Positions 28,097-41,517 of a DNA stretch of 64,000 nucleotides are shown here, in pieces. The position numbers and the translations under genes are program-made. Below the pieces are notes generated by a model that saw only the letters and a program-made list of their open reading frames with translations, did not search any database and was not told the DNA's origin. Each line of letters opens with the position of its first letter. The stretch's first letter is position 1. The DNA is from Geminicoccaceae bacterium (GTDB lineage: Bacteria; Pseudomonadota; Alphaproteobacteria; Geminicoccales; Geminicoccaceae), in contig JAGRGG010000020.1 in assembly GCA_020445645.1 (NCBI GenBank), positions 19,776 to 83,775 on the forward strand. Reading direction: 5' to 3'.

Positions 28097-28747
28097 ATGA
28101 CCGAATTCGCCCTGGCGCTGGGGCTGTTCCTCGCCAGCCACAGCCTGCCCGCCTTGCCGGGTGCCCGCCTTTGGCTGGTGCATCGGCTCGGCGAGCGGCT
28201 CTATCTGGCCCTCTACGCCCTCCTCTCGCTGGCGCTGCTGGCATGGCTGGTGCGGGCGGCGCTGGACGCGCCCTACGTCGAATTGTGGCCGCCGACGCGC
28301 GCCTTGGCGCTCGTCCCCATCGTCCTGATGCCGGCGGCCTGCATTCTCCTGGTGGCCGGGCTGATCACCCCGAACCCGCTCTCGATCAACTTTTGGCCGG
28401 GGCGTCGGTCCGTCGAGCCCGTGGGCATCGTCACCCTCGTCCGCCACCCGGTCCTCTGGGCTTTCCTGCTCTGGGCCGCCTCGCACGCCATCGCCAACGG
28501 CGACCTCGTCGCCGTGGTCCTGTTCGGCGGGCTGGCGCTGTTCAGCCTCGCCGGCATGGGGGTGCTGGACCGCCGCCGGCGCCGGTCGCTGGGCGAGGAA
28601 CGCTGGCGAAGCCTGGCGGGCGCCCCCTTCGCGTGGCCCGCCCCGAACCTGATCGCCGCGGTGCTCGGCGGCGTCCTGCTATACGCCCTCGTGCTCGCCG
28701 CCCACCCCTGGCTATTCGGCGTCGACCCGCTCGCGTGGCTGCGCTGA
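28097..28747 (+). CDS. nnrU: NnrU family membrane protein
   Basis: 216 aa, ~5 TM helices. VRHPVLWAFLLWAASHAIANGDL is an NnrU signature block. Confidence 0.8.
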   Translation: MTEFALALGLFLASHSLPALPGARLWLVHRLGERLYLALYALLSLALLAWLVRAALDAPYVELWPPTRALALVPIVLMPAACILLVAGLITPNPLSINFWPGRRSVEPVGIVTLVRHPVLWAFLLWAASHAIANGDLVAVVLFGGLALFSLAGMGVLDRRRRRSLGEERWRSLAGAPFAWPAPNLIAAVLGGVLLYALVLAAHPWLFGVDPLAWLR

Positions 28748-29428
28748 GGTGCCTGCCTGCGCCAGGATCAGCTTCACGACGGCGCCGTCGCCGCCGATGG
28801 GCCCGGCATACGCGACCGGCACCGGCGCCGCTTGCAGCCCCTCCAGCACGTCGTCCCGCCCGTGCGGCCCCTCGTCCATGAACAGGCCGACCGCGACGCA
28901 CGGCCCGTCCCGAAGGCCCCCCGCCACCTCGGCGAGGTAGGACCCCTGGTCGAGGTAGGCCGTGCGGACGCTCTTGAACAGCGCCCCGGCGGCGATGGCG
29001 GCCGCCGCCGCCTCGGTCGTGGCCGTGCTCCTCGGGTGCCTCGGCGTGCCGTGGCCGACGAGCAGCAGCGTCGCCTCGCCCGGCCCCCAGCCTTTGCCCG
29101 CGCAGGCTTCGAGCGCCTTTCGGCGCGCGAGGCCGATCAGCCCCGGATGTTGCCCCAGGGGCGGGTGGAGCGTCACCTCCGGGCGGTCCTCAAGCCGCCG
29201 CCGCAGGAGGTCCATGATGAAGCCGTCGGCGAGCAGCAGCGGCACGGCGTGGACGGGGGCGCGCACCCCGTCCAGCGCCCGCTCCAGGGTGGGCTCGCCC
29301 TTCAGGCAGGCGACCCGCACCTCCCGGAATCCGCCCAGCGCCTCGATCGCCGCCCCGTGCCGCGCCGCCACCCCAGGCCGGCCCTCGACGCCGTGCGTCA
29401 CCAGAAGAAGCGTGCCGGACCCCTTAAT
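28712..29428 (-). CDS. cbiX: CbiX/SirB-type sirohydrochlorin ferrochelatase (siroheme supply for heme d1)
   Basis: Two CbiX half-domains (LLLVTHGVEGRPG..., LLLVGHGTPRHP...). The only canonical start (GTG 29401) cuts off the conserved first beta-strand. The in-frame ATT at 29428 overlaps the nirN stop and is proposed as the start (see findings). Confidence 0.7.
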   Translation of the reverse strand: MKGSGTLLLVTHGVEGRPGVAARHGAAIEALGGFREVRVACLKGEPTLERALDGVRAPVHAVPLLLADGFIMDLLRRRLEDRPEVTLHPPLGQHPGLIGLARRKALEACAGKGWGPGEATLLLVGHGTPRHPRSTATTEAAAAAIAAGALFKSVRTAYLDQGSYLAEVAGGLRDGPCVAVGLFMDEGPHGRDDVLEGLQAAPVPVAYAGPIGGDGAVVKLILAQAGTSAQPRERVDAE

Positions 29429-30974
29429 GGCTCGTCCCCTCGGAAAAGGTGATCTTGTTCCAGACGTTGTACTTCCCCGAGGGCTTGACCGCCGGGATCC
29501 GCTTCACCTCCTCCAGCGTCCCCGCGTCGTAGACGACGACGGCACCGTCCATGTCCCAGACGCTCAAGAGCGCGTACCTGCCGTCCCTCGTGAACTCGAC
29601 GTGCGCCGCCGTCTTGCCGGGGGACGGCGTGATCTCGCGCACGATCTCGAGCGTCTCCTTGTCGATCACGCTCACCGTGTCGCGCCGCCCGCCCAGGAAG
29701 CTGTCGACCCAGACGTAGGGGCTGTTCTCGTGGCCGCGCATGAAGAAGCCCGGCCCCGGCGTCTCGAGCCGCTTGATCGGCTCCCAGGTGTCCATGTCGA
29801 TGACGCTCACCGCCGCCTCCTTCAGATGCGGCGTCGCCATGACGCGGTGCCCGTCCCGCATCCAGGAGATGCCCGACCCCAGGTGCGGCAGCCCCAGCAA
29901 GGGCAGCTTCTTGATCGCCCGGCGCACGTCGAGGTCGACGACGGCGGCCCCGTCGCCCGAGGCGCCGATCAGGTGCGTGTAGGTGGGGTCGAAGAAGAAG
30001 TCGTCGATGGGGGCCTCGAGCACGGTGCGCCGGATCGGGAAGCGCTCCCCCGCGTCCAGCGCCTCCTCCATGCCCGCCTCGTGCGAGTGGACGAAGCCGA
30101 AGCTTTTCGGCGGCGGGTCGGCGTAGGAGACTTCCCAGACCTCGGGCAGGTCCTTCAGCGCCACGACGAAGCTCCTGCGCGTCGGCGCCGTGTAGACCGC
30201 CGAGACGCGCGAACTCTTCTTCTTCCAGATGTCCTTGGCCTCGATCACCTTGAGGGGTTCGAGCGTCCCGGCGTCGAGCAGGACCAGGGTGCGCGGCAGG
30301 GTGTTGGCGACGGCGAGGATGCGGCCGTCGCCGCTGATGGCGATGTTGCGCGTGTTGATCCCGGCCCGCACCTCGGCCACGGGCCGGAGCGACCAGAGGT
30401 CGTAGCGGGTGATCCAGCCGTCGCGCGAGGCGAAGTGGACGAAGCGCCCGTCGGGGCTGAACTTCGGCCCGCCGTGGAGCGCGAAGCGGGAGGGGAAGCG
30501 ATCGATCCGCTCGAGACTGTCGCCGTCGATGACGCTGACGTGGTGGTCGCCGCTCTCGACCAGGACGAACAGGTTCAGGGGATCGGCGGCGAAGGCGGGC
30601 CGGTCCGGCAGGTCCTCGGGCTCGGCGAAGACCGTGCGCGAGGCCGCGATCTCGGCCGCCCCCCAGGCCGGGACCTCGGGCAGCGGACCGAAGACGTAGG
30701 CGGCGAGCGCCTCGATCTCGCCCGCGTCCAGCTCGTCCTTGAACCCCGGCATCTGCGTCGCCGCCCGCCCCGCGGCGATGACGGCCCGCGCACCCTCCGG
30801 CTTCAGGTAGCCGAGGTTCTCCGGCAGGAGGGCCGGGCCGATCCCGCCGAGACGGCCCTCGCCGTGGCAGGCGGCGCAGCGTTCGGCGTAGAGCGCGGGC
30901 GCGTCCGGTTCCGCCCACGCCGCGAAAGGCGGCAGGAGAAGGGCGAAGAGGCACGAAAGGACCCTCACCCCCAT
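29424..30974 (-). CDS. nirN: NirN (cytochrome cd1-like; dihydro-heme d1 dehydrogenase)
   Basis: Signal peptide, CAACH c-heme domain, then an 8-bladed d1-type beta-propeller ending in KYNVWNKI. The alternative start at 30992 would overlap nirJ by 17 nt. Confidence 0.85.
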   Translation of the reverse strand: MGVRVLSCLFALLLPPFAAWAEPDAPALYAERCAACHGEGRLGGIGPALLPENLGYLKPEGARAVIAAGRAATQMPGFKDELDAGEIEALAAYVFGPLPEVPAWGAAEIAASRTVFAEPEDLPDRPAFAADPLNLFVLVESGDHHVSVIDGDSLERIDRFPSRFALHGGPKFSPDGRFVHFASRDGWITRYDLWSLRPVAEVRAGINTRNIAISGDGRILAVANTLPRTLVLLDAGTLEPLKVIEAKDIWKKKSSRVSAVYTAPTRRSFVVALKDLPEVWEVSYADPPPKSFGFVHSHEAGMEEALDAGERFPIRRTVLEAPIDDFFFDPTYTHLIGASGDGAAVVDLDVRRAIKKLPLLGLPHLGSGISWMRDGHRVMATPHLKEAAVSVIDMDTWEPIKRLETPGPGFFMRGHENSPYVWVDSFLGGRRDTVSVIDKETLEIVREITPSPGKTAAHVEFTRDGRYALLSVWDMDGAVVVYDAGTLEEVKRIPAVKPSGKYNVWNKITFSEGTSH

Positions 30975-30975
30975 C

Positions 30976-32181
30976 CTAGCCCGCCGCCACATGCGCCCGC
31001 TTCCTATAGGGGGTGACTTCCAGGCGCGGCGCCCCGGCACCCTGGGCGACACCAATCTCCTCGTCGCTCAGGTAGCAGGCCGGGTCTTCCGCGAAGGCGT
31101 CGCCCGTGAGCTGCATCGCCCGCACGCGGGTGTTGCCGCCGCAGACCTTGAAGTGCCGGCACGCCCCGCAGCGCCCGCCGATCCGGCGGGGCTTCTGCTT
31201 CAGCCCCGCCATGATCGGGTCGGAGACGTCGTCCCAGATCTGGCTGAACGGGCGCTCCTTCACGTTGCCGAGATTGTAGTGCCACCAGAACGTGTCGGGG
31301 TGGACGTTGCCCAGGTTGTCGATGTTGGCGACGTTGACCCCGCTCGAATTGCCGCCCCAGGCCTCCAGCTTGGCCCGGATGTGGTCCGCCATGTGCGGGA
31401 AGTGCTTTTCGACCCAGAACAGGAAGTAGACCCCGTCCGCGTCGTTGTTGCCGGTGACGAATTCGGTGTGGCGGCCCGCCTCGACGTGCTCCCAGCAGCG
31501 CGCGAACAGCCGGTCCATCACGTCGCGGGTCGTGCGGTGGTAGGCGTCGTCGCCGCGGTGGCGGTTGCCGCGCCCGGCGTAGACGAGGTGCGAGAGGTAG
31601 AACTTGTCGACCCGCTCCCGCTCCATGAGGTCGAGCATGGCGTCCAGGCTCTCGACGTTGCGCTCGGTGACGGTGAAGCGCAGGCCGACCTTGATCCCGT
31701 GCGCCCGGCAGAGGCGGATGCCCTGGAGCGACTTCTCGAAGCAGCCCACCTCGCGGCGGAAGCGGTCGTGGACCGCGCCGATCCCGTCCAGGCTGATCCC
31801 CACGTAGTCGTAGCCCACCCCGGCGATCCGGTCCGCCGTCGCCTGGTCGATCAAGGCGCCGTTGGTGGACAGGCCGACGTAGAAGCGCATCGCCTTGGCC
31901 CGCGCGCTGATCTCGAAGATGTCGCGGCGAAGGAGGGGCTCGCCGCCGGAGAGGATCAGGACCGGCACCCGGTAGCGCTTCAGGTCGTCCATGACCCCGA
32001 ACGCCTCGTCCGTCGACAGCTCGCCCGGAAAGTCCACGTCGGTCGAGAGCGAGTAGCAGTGGACGCAGTTCAGGTTGCAGCGGCGGATCAGGTTCCAGAT
32101 GACGACGGGTCCGGGCGGCTTGCGATCCGAGACCGGCGTCGGGCGGACGAGTTCCTGCATGTACTGCGAGAGGCGGAACAT
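30976..32181 (-). CDS. nirJ: Radical SAM heme d1 biosynthesis protein NirJ
   Basis: CNLNCVHCY radical SAM cluster motif and a C-terminal SPASM-like Cys cluster ([12 protein letters not shown]). ATG 32181 overlaps the nirH stop. Confidence 0.9.
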   Translation of the reverse strand: MFRLSQYMQELVRPTPVSDRKPPGPVVIWNLIRRCNLNCVHCYSLSTDVDFPGELSTDEAFGVMDDLKRYRVPVLILSGGEPLLRRDIFEISARAKAMRFYVGLSTNGALIDQATADRIAGVGYDYVGISLDGIGAVHDRFRREVGCFEKSLQGIRLCRAHGIKVGLRFTVTERNVESLDAMLDLMERERVDKFYLSHLVYAGRGNRHRGDDAYHRTTRDVMDRLFARCWEHVEAGRHTEFVTGNNDADGVYFLFWVEKHFPHMADHIRAKLEAWGGNSSGVNVANIDNLGNVHPDTFWWHYNLGNVKERPFSQIWDDVSDPIMAGLKQKPRRIGGRCGACRHFKVCGGNTRVRAMQLTGDAFAEDPACYLSDEEIGVAQGAGAPRLEVTPYRKRAHVAAG

Positions 32182-32681
32182 CAGGCGGGGGCTCCTTCCT
32201 GGCGGGCGAGCCTGAGGCCCGTCTTCTTGAGGATGCGGGTGCTCACGAGCACGTCGTGGGCGCGGGCGGAGGATCCTAGGAGGGCCGCGATCTCGCCGAC
32301 CTTGGCGTCGACCTCGCCGGAGTCGCGGCCGTGGACCATGGCGAACAGGTTGTAGGGCCAAAGCGGCGGGCGGCGCGGGCGGCGGTAGCAGTGGCTCACG
32401 AAGGGCAAGGCACCCACCTTCGGCCCGAGCCCCGGCAGCGCCCCCTCGTCCACGTCCCAGACGCTCATCCCGTTGGCGGTCCAGCCGAGCGCGTAGTGGT
32501 TCGGTACGGCGCCGATGCGGCGGACGATGCCGGCCTCCAGCATCCGCCGCAGCCTTGCCATCACCTCCTCCGGGTCGAGCCCGAGCCCCTCGGCGACCGC
32601 GTGGTAGGGGCGGGGCACGAAGGGCAGCCCCGCCTGCGTCGCCCCGACGATTCGCCGGTCGGTGGCGTCGATCGGGCTCAT
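32181..32681 (-). CDS. nirH: Siroheme decarboxylase subunit NirH (AsnC/Lrp-like)
   Basis: 166 aa. Blocks seen: [16 protein letters not shown] and [14 protein letters not shown] overlap with nirG. Confidence 0.85.
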   Translation of the reverse strand: MSPIDATDRRIVGATQAGLPFVPRPYHAVAEGLGLDPEEVMARLRRMLEAGIVRRIGAVPNHYALGWTANGMSVWDVDEGALPGLGPKVGALPFVSHCYRRPRRPPLWPYNLFAMVHGRDSGEVDAKVGEIAALLGSSARAHDVLVSTRILKKTGLRLARQEGAPA

Positions 32682-33121
32682 GCCGAGAGCCTGAGGTCGA
32701 GGAAGTATTCGTCGAGCTTCGGCAGGTCGAGCACGTCCAGCCCCGTCGCCCACTCGATGCGCCCGATCACCCGCGGGATCTCGGCGGGGTCGCCCACCGC
32801 GAGCACGAACCACATGTTGAGCGCGTGGGCGCGGGCGTAGTTGTGCGCGACCTCGGCGAAGGCGTTGACGGCGTCCGCCACCTCGTCGAAGCGCTCCTCC
32901 GGCACCCGCATGGCGCAGAGCGTCACCGCCCCGCCCATCCGCTCGGCGTCGTACATCGGCCCGAAGCGGGACAGCACGCCCCCCTCGCGCAGCGCCTTCA
33001 GCCGCGCGACGGCCTCGTCCTCGCTCAAATCGAACCGGGCGCCCACGGCGGCGAACGGCCGTTCCTCGATCGGAAAGCCGCCCTGCAGGCCGTTCACGAG
33101 GCGGCGGTCGATGGCGTCCAT
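32678..33121 (-). CDS. nirG: Siroheme decarboxylase subunit NirG (AsnC/Lrp-like)
   Basis: 147 aa. Blocks seen: [16 protein letters not shown] and [16 protein letters not shown]. Confidence 0.85.
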   Translation of the reverse strand: MDAIDRRLVNGLQGGFPIEERPFAAVGARFDLSEDEAVARLKALREGGVLSRFGPMYDAERMGGAVTLCAMRVPEERFDEVADAVNAFAEVAHNYARAHALNMWFVLAVGDPAEIPRVIGRIEWATGLDVLDLPKLDEYFLDLRLSA

Positions 33122-33621
33122 GCCGTCTCCTTCATGGCAGGCGCGGGGGCGTAGCGGGCACCCCGCTGCTTGAACCGCCTCTTGCTGAACAGGATCGCCC
33201 TCGGCAGGCCCGAGAGCCCCGCCGCCGCCGTGGCCTCCTCGACCTGCGCTTCGACCACGCCCCGGTCCTTGCCGTGGACCATGCAGAACAAGTTGTAGGG
33301 CCAAAGCGGCGGGCGGCGCGGGCGGCGGTAGCACAGGGTGACGAAGGGCAGCCCGACCAGCACCGCCGCGGCACCCCGCACGGCCCCGTCGGGCACGTCC
33401 CAGACCGTCATCGCGTTGGCACGGTAGCCGAGTTCGTGATGCCGCACGACGACGCCGAGGCGGCGGATCACGCCCCGTTCCAGGAGACCCGTGAGGCCCG
33501 CGATCACCGCCGCCTCGCTTGCCCCGACCCGCTCGCCGATCAGCGCGTAGGGCCTGGGGACGAAGGGCAGCCCGTCCTCGATGGCGGTGAGCAGCCGGCG
33601 CTCGAAGGGGGTCAGTGCCAT
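33094..33621 (-). CDS. nirL: Siroheme decarboxylase subunit NirL (AsnC/Lrp-like)
   Basis: 175 aa. Blocks seen: [16 protein letters not shown] and PYNLFCMVHG. The 3' end overlaps the nirG start by 28 nt. Confidence 0.85.
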   Translation of the reverse strand: MALTPFERRLLTAIEDGLPFVPRPYALIGERVGASEAAVIAGLTGLLERGVIRRLGVVVRHHELGYRANAMTVWDVPDGAVRGAAAVLVGLPFVTLCYRRPRRPPLWPYNLFCMVHGKDRGVVEAQVEEATAAAGLSGLPRAILFSKRRFKQRGARYAPAPAMKETAWTPSTAAS

Positions 33622-34070
33622 TGGAGCGCGAAGCCGAGGTCGAGCCGGAATGCCTCCTCCAGGGGCAGGTCGAGCACCGGCACGCCGACGCGGTACTCGA
33701 TCCCGTCCAGCACCCGGCGCACCGCTTCGGGGGTCGGCGCGGTCACGACGAACCACAGGTTCAGCCGGTGCTCGCGCTCGTAGTTGTGGTTGACCTCGGG
33801 GTAGGCGCTCACGAAGTCGGCGATCTGGGCCAGCGCCCAGGGGGGCACGCTCATCGCGGCGAGCGTGCTCCAGCCGGCGGCGTGCGGTTCGACCACGGCG
33901 CCGACGCGCGAGACCACGCCTTCCGCCTGGAGGCGGGCGAGGAGGGCCAGCACCGTCTCCTCGTCGACGCCGAGCCGGTCGGCCATCTCGGCGTAGGGCC
34001 GGGGGCGGAGCGGCAGACCGCGCTGGAAGCCGTCGATCAGGTGCCGCGCCGTGGGGGAGAGGGTGGTCAT
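33612..34070 (-). CDS. nirD: Siroheme decarboxylase subunit NirD (AsnC/Lrp-like)
   Basis: 152 aa. Blocks seen: LIDGFQRGLPLRPRPY and HNYEREHRLNLWFVVT. Confidence 0.85.
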   Translation of the reverse strand: MTTLSPTARHLIDGFQRGLPLRPRPYAEMADRLGVDEETVLALLARLQAEGVVSRVGAVVEPHAAGWSTLAAMSVPPWALAQIADFVSAYPEVNHNYEREHRLNLWFVVTAPTPEAVRRVLDGIEYRVGVPVLDLPLEEAFRLDLGFALQWH

Positions 34071-34073
34071 AGG

Positions 34074-35249
34074 CTAGAATCCGATCCGGTTGGCGCGGGC
34101 GGTGAGGAAGATGCCGGACGGCGCCTCGGCCGGGATCTCGGCGACCGTCTCGAACGTCTCGGTGTCGTAGACCGTGACCCTGTTGGAATCGCGGGCCGAC
34201 ACCCAGACCTCCTCGCCGCGCGGCGTGAACTCCAGGTGCAGGACGGCCTTGCCCGGTTCGAGCGTGCGCACGATCGACCTCGTCGGCAGGTCGATCACCT
34301 GGACGACGTCGTTGTCGGGGTGGGCGAAGTTGACCCAGACCTGCCGCCCGTCGGGACGGGCCACGGCGAAGACCGGCTGGCCGTGCACCCGAACGCGGCC
34401 GACCTCTTGCCACGTCCGCCGGTCGACGAGCAGCACCTCGTGCCGGCCGATCGCGGGCAGCACGACGAGGTCGCCGGCGACGGCCCAGCCTTCGAGGTGC
34501 GGCATCTTGTAGACGGGGAGCGGCGCCTCGCCGCGCCCGTACCCGTCGAGGATGCGCCGGGGCGCCGCCTTCGGGTCCCACAAATCGAGCAGCACGGCGC
34601 CGTCCTCGCCGAACAGCCCGGCCAGATACCAGCGCCCGTCCGGGGTCACGAGGGCGTCGTAGGGCTGGTCGCCCACGCCCTCGAACCGCCGGACGACGGG
34701 CTTCGCCGGGTCGGCGAGGTCGAGGGTCCAGACTTCCCCCGTGTCGTAGAGGCTGAAGGTGAAGCGGTCGCCCGTCGTGTCCTCCAGGCCCACGACCCTG
34801 GCCCGCTTGCCGTCCCCCAGTTCGGTCGAGGGGATGTCGGCGATAGGGTCGAGCGTGTCCGCATCGAACACCCTGACCCCGCCCGGCTCGTAATTGGCGA
34901 CCGCGACGAGGCTTCCGTCGGCGGAGATGGCGCCGCCGATCGAGTTGCCCGCCTGGACGACCCGCCGGTCGATCCGCCCCTCCAGCAGGTCGAGCTTGGT
35001 GAGCCCGCCGTCGCGGCCGAAGACGTAGGCGAAGCGGCCGTCGCGGCCGAACACGGCCGAGGCGTGGCTCAGGTCGCCGAGCCCTTCGACCCGCTTCAGG
35101 GCCGTGTTCCCCGTCGTCTCGACGATGAGGACCGAGCCCGTGGCCCGCTCGACGACGAGGCCGAGGTCGCCCGTGCCGCGCGGCCCCTCGGCCCCGTGCG
35201 CCGGGGCGAACGCGAAGGCCAGCACCAGCAGGAGGAACGCGACTTTCAC
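34074..35249 (-). CDS. nirF: NirF (periplasmic cd1-like beta-propeller, heme d1 biogenesis)
   Basis: 391 aa. GTG 35249 overlaps the nirC stop (GTGA). Signal peptide VKVAFLLLVLAFAFAPAHG. d1-propeller repeats without a c-heme site. Confidence 0.85.
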   Translation of the reverse strand: MKVAFLLLVLAFAFAPAHGAEGPRGTGDLGLVVERATGSVLIVETTGNTALKRVEGLGDLSHASAVFGRDGRFAYVFGRDGGLTKLDLLEGRIDRRVVQAGNSIGGAISADGSLVAVANYEPGGVRVFDADTLDPIADIPSTELGDGKRARVVGLEDTTGDRFTFSLYDTGEVWTLDLADPAKPVVRRFEGVGDQPYDALVTPDGRWYLAGLFGEDGAVLLDLWDPKAAPRRILDGYGRGEAPLPVYKMPHLEGWAVAGDLVVLPAIGRHEVLLVDRRTWQEVGRVRVHGQPVFAVARPDGRQVWVNFAHPDNDVVQVIDLPTRSIVRTLEPGKAVLHLEFTPRGEEVWVSARDSNRVTVYDTETFETVAEIPAEAPSGIFLTARANRIGF

Positions 35250-35575
35250 GGCCCCACCCCGGCCTTGAGGCGGTCGACGAGCCACGCGGCCTCCTCGGGC
35301 GACAATTCGACCTTCCAGGGCGGCATCGGCGTGCCCGGCAGCCCCTCCAGGACGACCAGGGCGAGGTCGGCCGCGTCCTTGCCCGCCAGCGCCCCGGGCA
35401 GGAGCGAAGGGCCGAGCCCGCCCTTCAGCGTCATGCCGTGGCACGCGCCGCAGTCCTGGCGCAGCAGGTGGAGCAGGGCCTCCTGGCGCGCCCCGTCCGG
35501 GGCGGCGGCCAGAGCGGCGCCGGGCAAGCACGCCGCGGCGAGGACGGCGGCAAGCCGCCGCGTCGGCTCACGCAT
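35246..35575 (-). CDS. nirC: NirC, monoheme cytochrome c55X
   Basis: 109 aa with a signal peptide, CGACHG heme motif and GTPMPPW Met ligand region. Confidence 0.85.
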   Translation of the reverse strand: MREPTRRLAAVLAAACLPGAALAAAPDGARQEALLHLLRQDCGACHGMTLKGGLGPSLLPGALAGKDAADLALVVLEGLPGTPMPPWKVELSPEEAAWLVDRLKAGVGP

Positions 35576-36371
35576 GGCCCGCCTGCGCCAGAAGGGCGCG
35601 CACCGGCAGCATCTCCGGCGCCGCCCGCCCGTCGTGCAGCGCCTCGACCACCGGCCCGACGACGAACAGCACCGGCGAGTCCAGCGTCGCCGCCCCGACC
35701 GTGGCGGCAAGCTCGCCCAAAGGCGCCCGCACGACGCGCTGGCGCGGCGTCGTACCCTCGGCCACGGCGGCGGCGGGGGTCGCCCAGGACAGGCCCGCCG
35801 CGATCAGCCGGGCCGCGATCTCGCCCAAGTGGGCCGTGCCCATGTAGAAGACGAGCGTGGTTCCCGGATCGGCCAGCCCCTCCCAGTCGAGGTCGAGCCA
35901 CCAGCCGGCCCGGCAGTGCCCGGTCACGAAGCGCACCCCCGTCGCCACGCCCCGATGGGTCAGGGGGATCATCGCGGCGGCGGCGCAGCCCAGCGCCGCC
36001 GTGATCCCCGGCACCACCTCGACCGCGACGCCGTGGCGCCAAAGGTGCAGCGCCTCCTCGCCGCCGCGCCCGAAGACGAACGGGTCGCCCCCCTTCAGCC
36101 GGACCACGCGCCGGCCGGGGACCGCGAGTTCGACCAGGAGGCGGTTGATCCGCTCCTGGCTGACCCCGGGCCGCCCGCCGGTCTTGCCGACGGGAACCCG
36201 CCGCGCCCCCGCCGGCACGAGGTCCAGAACCCCGGCGCCGACGAGGCGGTCGAAGACCACCACGTCGGCCCGTTCGATGAGGCGCAGCGCCTTCACCGTC
36301 AGGAGGTCGGGGTCGCCGGGACCGGCGCCGACGAGGTGGACCTTTCGCTCAAGCACGGCGCATTCGGACAT
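35568..36371 (-). CDS. nirE: Uroporphyrinogen-III C-methyltransferase NirE (SUMT)
   Basis: VHLVGAGPGDPDLLTVKA and RLKGGDPFVFGRGGEE, the canonical SUMT motifs. Confidence 0.9.
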   Translation of the reverse strand: MSECAVLERKVHLVGAGPGDPDLLTVKALRLIERADVVVFDRLVGAGVLDLVPAGARRVPVGKTGGRPGVSQERINRLLVELAVPGRRVVRLKGGDPFVFGRGGEEALHLWRHGVAVEVVPGITAALGCAAAAMIPLTHRGVATGVRFVTGHCRAGWWLDLDWEGLADPGTTLVFYMGTAHLGEIAARLIAAGLSWATPAAAVAEGTTPRQRVVRAPLGELAATVGAATLDSPVLFVVGPVVEALHDGRAAPEMLPVRALLAQAGHA

Positions 36372-36413
36372 GGGCGCGGTCCTTCCCTCGACGCGGGCCT
36401 CGATGCGGGCGGC

Positions 36414-40440
<4,027 letters not shown>

Positions 40441-40593
40441 GCGTCGCACCCCCGGAACCTTGCCGGGGCGGGTGGCGTTGGTCGCGGTGGAACGCGCAAC
40501 CCGCCACGGACGCCCACCCTGACGAACGTCTCGAACGGTGAGGACGAGGCCGCGTTCAGGTCCCGTCTCGGCCTGGACGCCGCCGAATTCAAG

Positions 40594-41268
40594 ATGCTGA
40601 ACGCGCTGCCGCTGTTCCAGGCGCTCGGACCCGAGGCCCTGCGCCGGCTGCTGAAGGACTCCTTCGCGCGCGGCTACGAGCGCGGGGCCATCCTGTTCTT
40701 TCAGGGCGACGTGGCCGAACGGTTCTACATCGTGCTCGACGGCTGGGTCCGCCTCGTCCGCCACACGCCGGACGGCGGCGAGATCACCCTGGCCGTCTTC
40801 ACCGCCGGCGAGACCCTGGCCGAGGCCGCCGTCCTGGACCTGCACCAGTTTCCCGTCGAGGGTCAGGTCGTGGCGCCGAGCCGCCTCCTCGTCATCCCGG
40901 CCGACGGCTTCCGCGCGTTCCTGCGCGAGGATGCGGCCTTGTGCTTCAGCATCATCGCCGCCCTCTCGCGCCGCCTTCTTTTCTTCCTGCAGAAGATCGA
41001 GCAGCTCTCCACCCGCTCGACGGTGGAACGCACGGCCCAGTTCCTCCTGCGGTTTGCAACCCAAGAGGAGGGTTCCTGCACCGTCCGCCTGCCGCTTGAC
41101 AAGTCGTTGATTGCCGCGCGGCTCGGAATGCAGCCCGAGACCCTGTCGCGCGCGTTCGCCAAGCTGCGCCCCCTGGGCGTCAGGGTCGAGCGCGAGGTCG
41201 TCGTGATCGACGATGTCAAGGCCTTGAGAAGCAGGTTCGCCGAGGGCAATGCCTTGGCGTTGAATTAG
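40594..41268 (+). CDS. nnrR: Crp/Fnr-family transcriptional regulator, NNR/NnrR/Dnr (NO-responsive) type
   Basis: 224 aa. cNMP-like beta-barrel, no N-terminal FNR Cys cluster, C-terminal HTH SLIAARLGMQPETLSRAFAKL (E--SR recognition helix). Confidence 0.85.
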   Translation: MLNALPLFQALGPEALRRLLKDSFARGYERGAILFFQGDVAERFYIVLDGWVRLVRHTPDGGEITLAVFTAGETLAEAAVLDLHQFPVEGQVVAPSRLLVIPADGFRAFLREDAALCFSIIAALSRRLLFFLQKIEQLSTRSTVERTAQFLLRFATQEEGSCTVRLPLDKSLIAARLGMQPETLSRAFAKLRPLGVRVEREVVVIDDVKALRSRFAEGNALALN

Positions 41269-41517
41269 CCTTTCTCGTGATGGATCGCGGCACGATCCGG
41301 CGGACGGGGCGTCGGCCGGATCATCCGGTCGCGTACCGGTTCGGTCGGACGCGCCCCCCGCGTATCGGATCGTCCGCCCTTCGATCCCGAAAGCCCGGAC
41401 AAGGCCGAGGCCGCGTAGCCGAACGGACGAAATCGGTCTAATGAAGGAAGACGGTCGCTGCGGCTCCGCGCGTCGGCGCGGATCGACGACCCAAGAAACA
41501 ACCGATGGGAGAGCACC

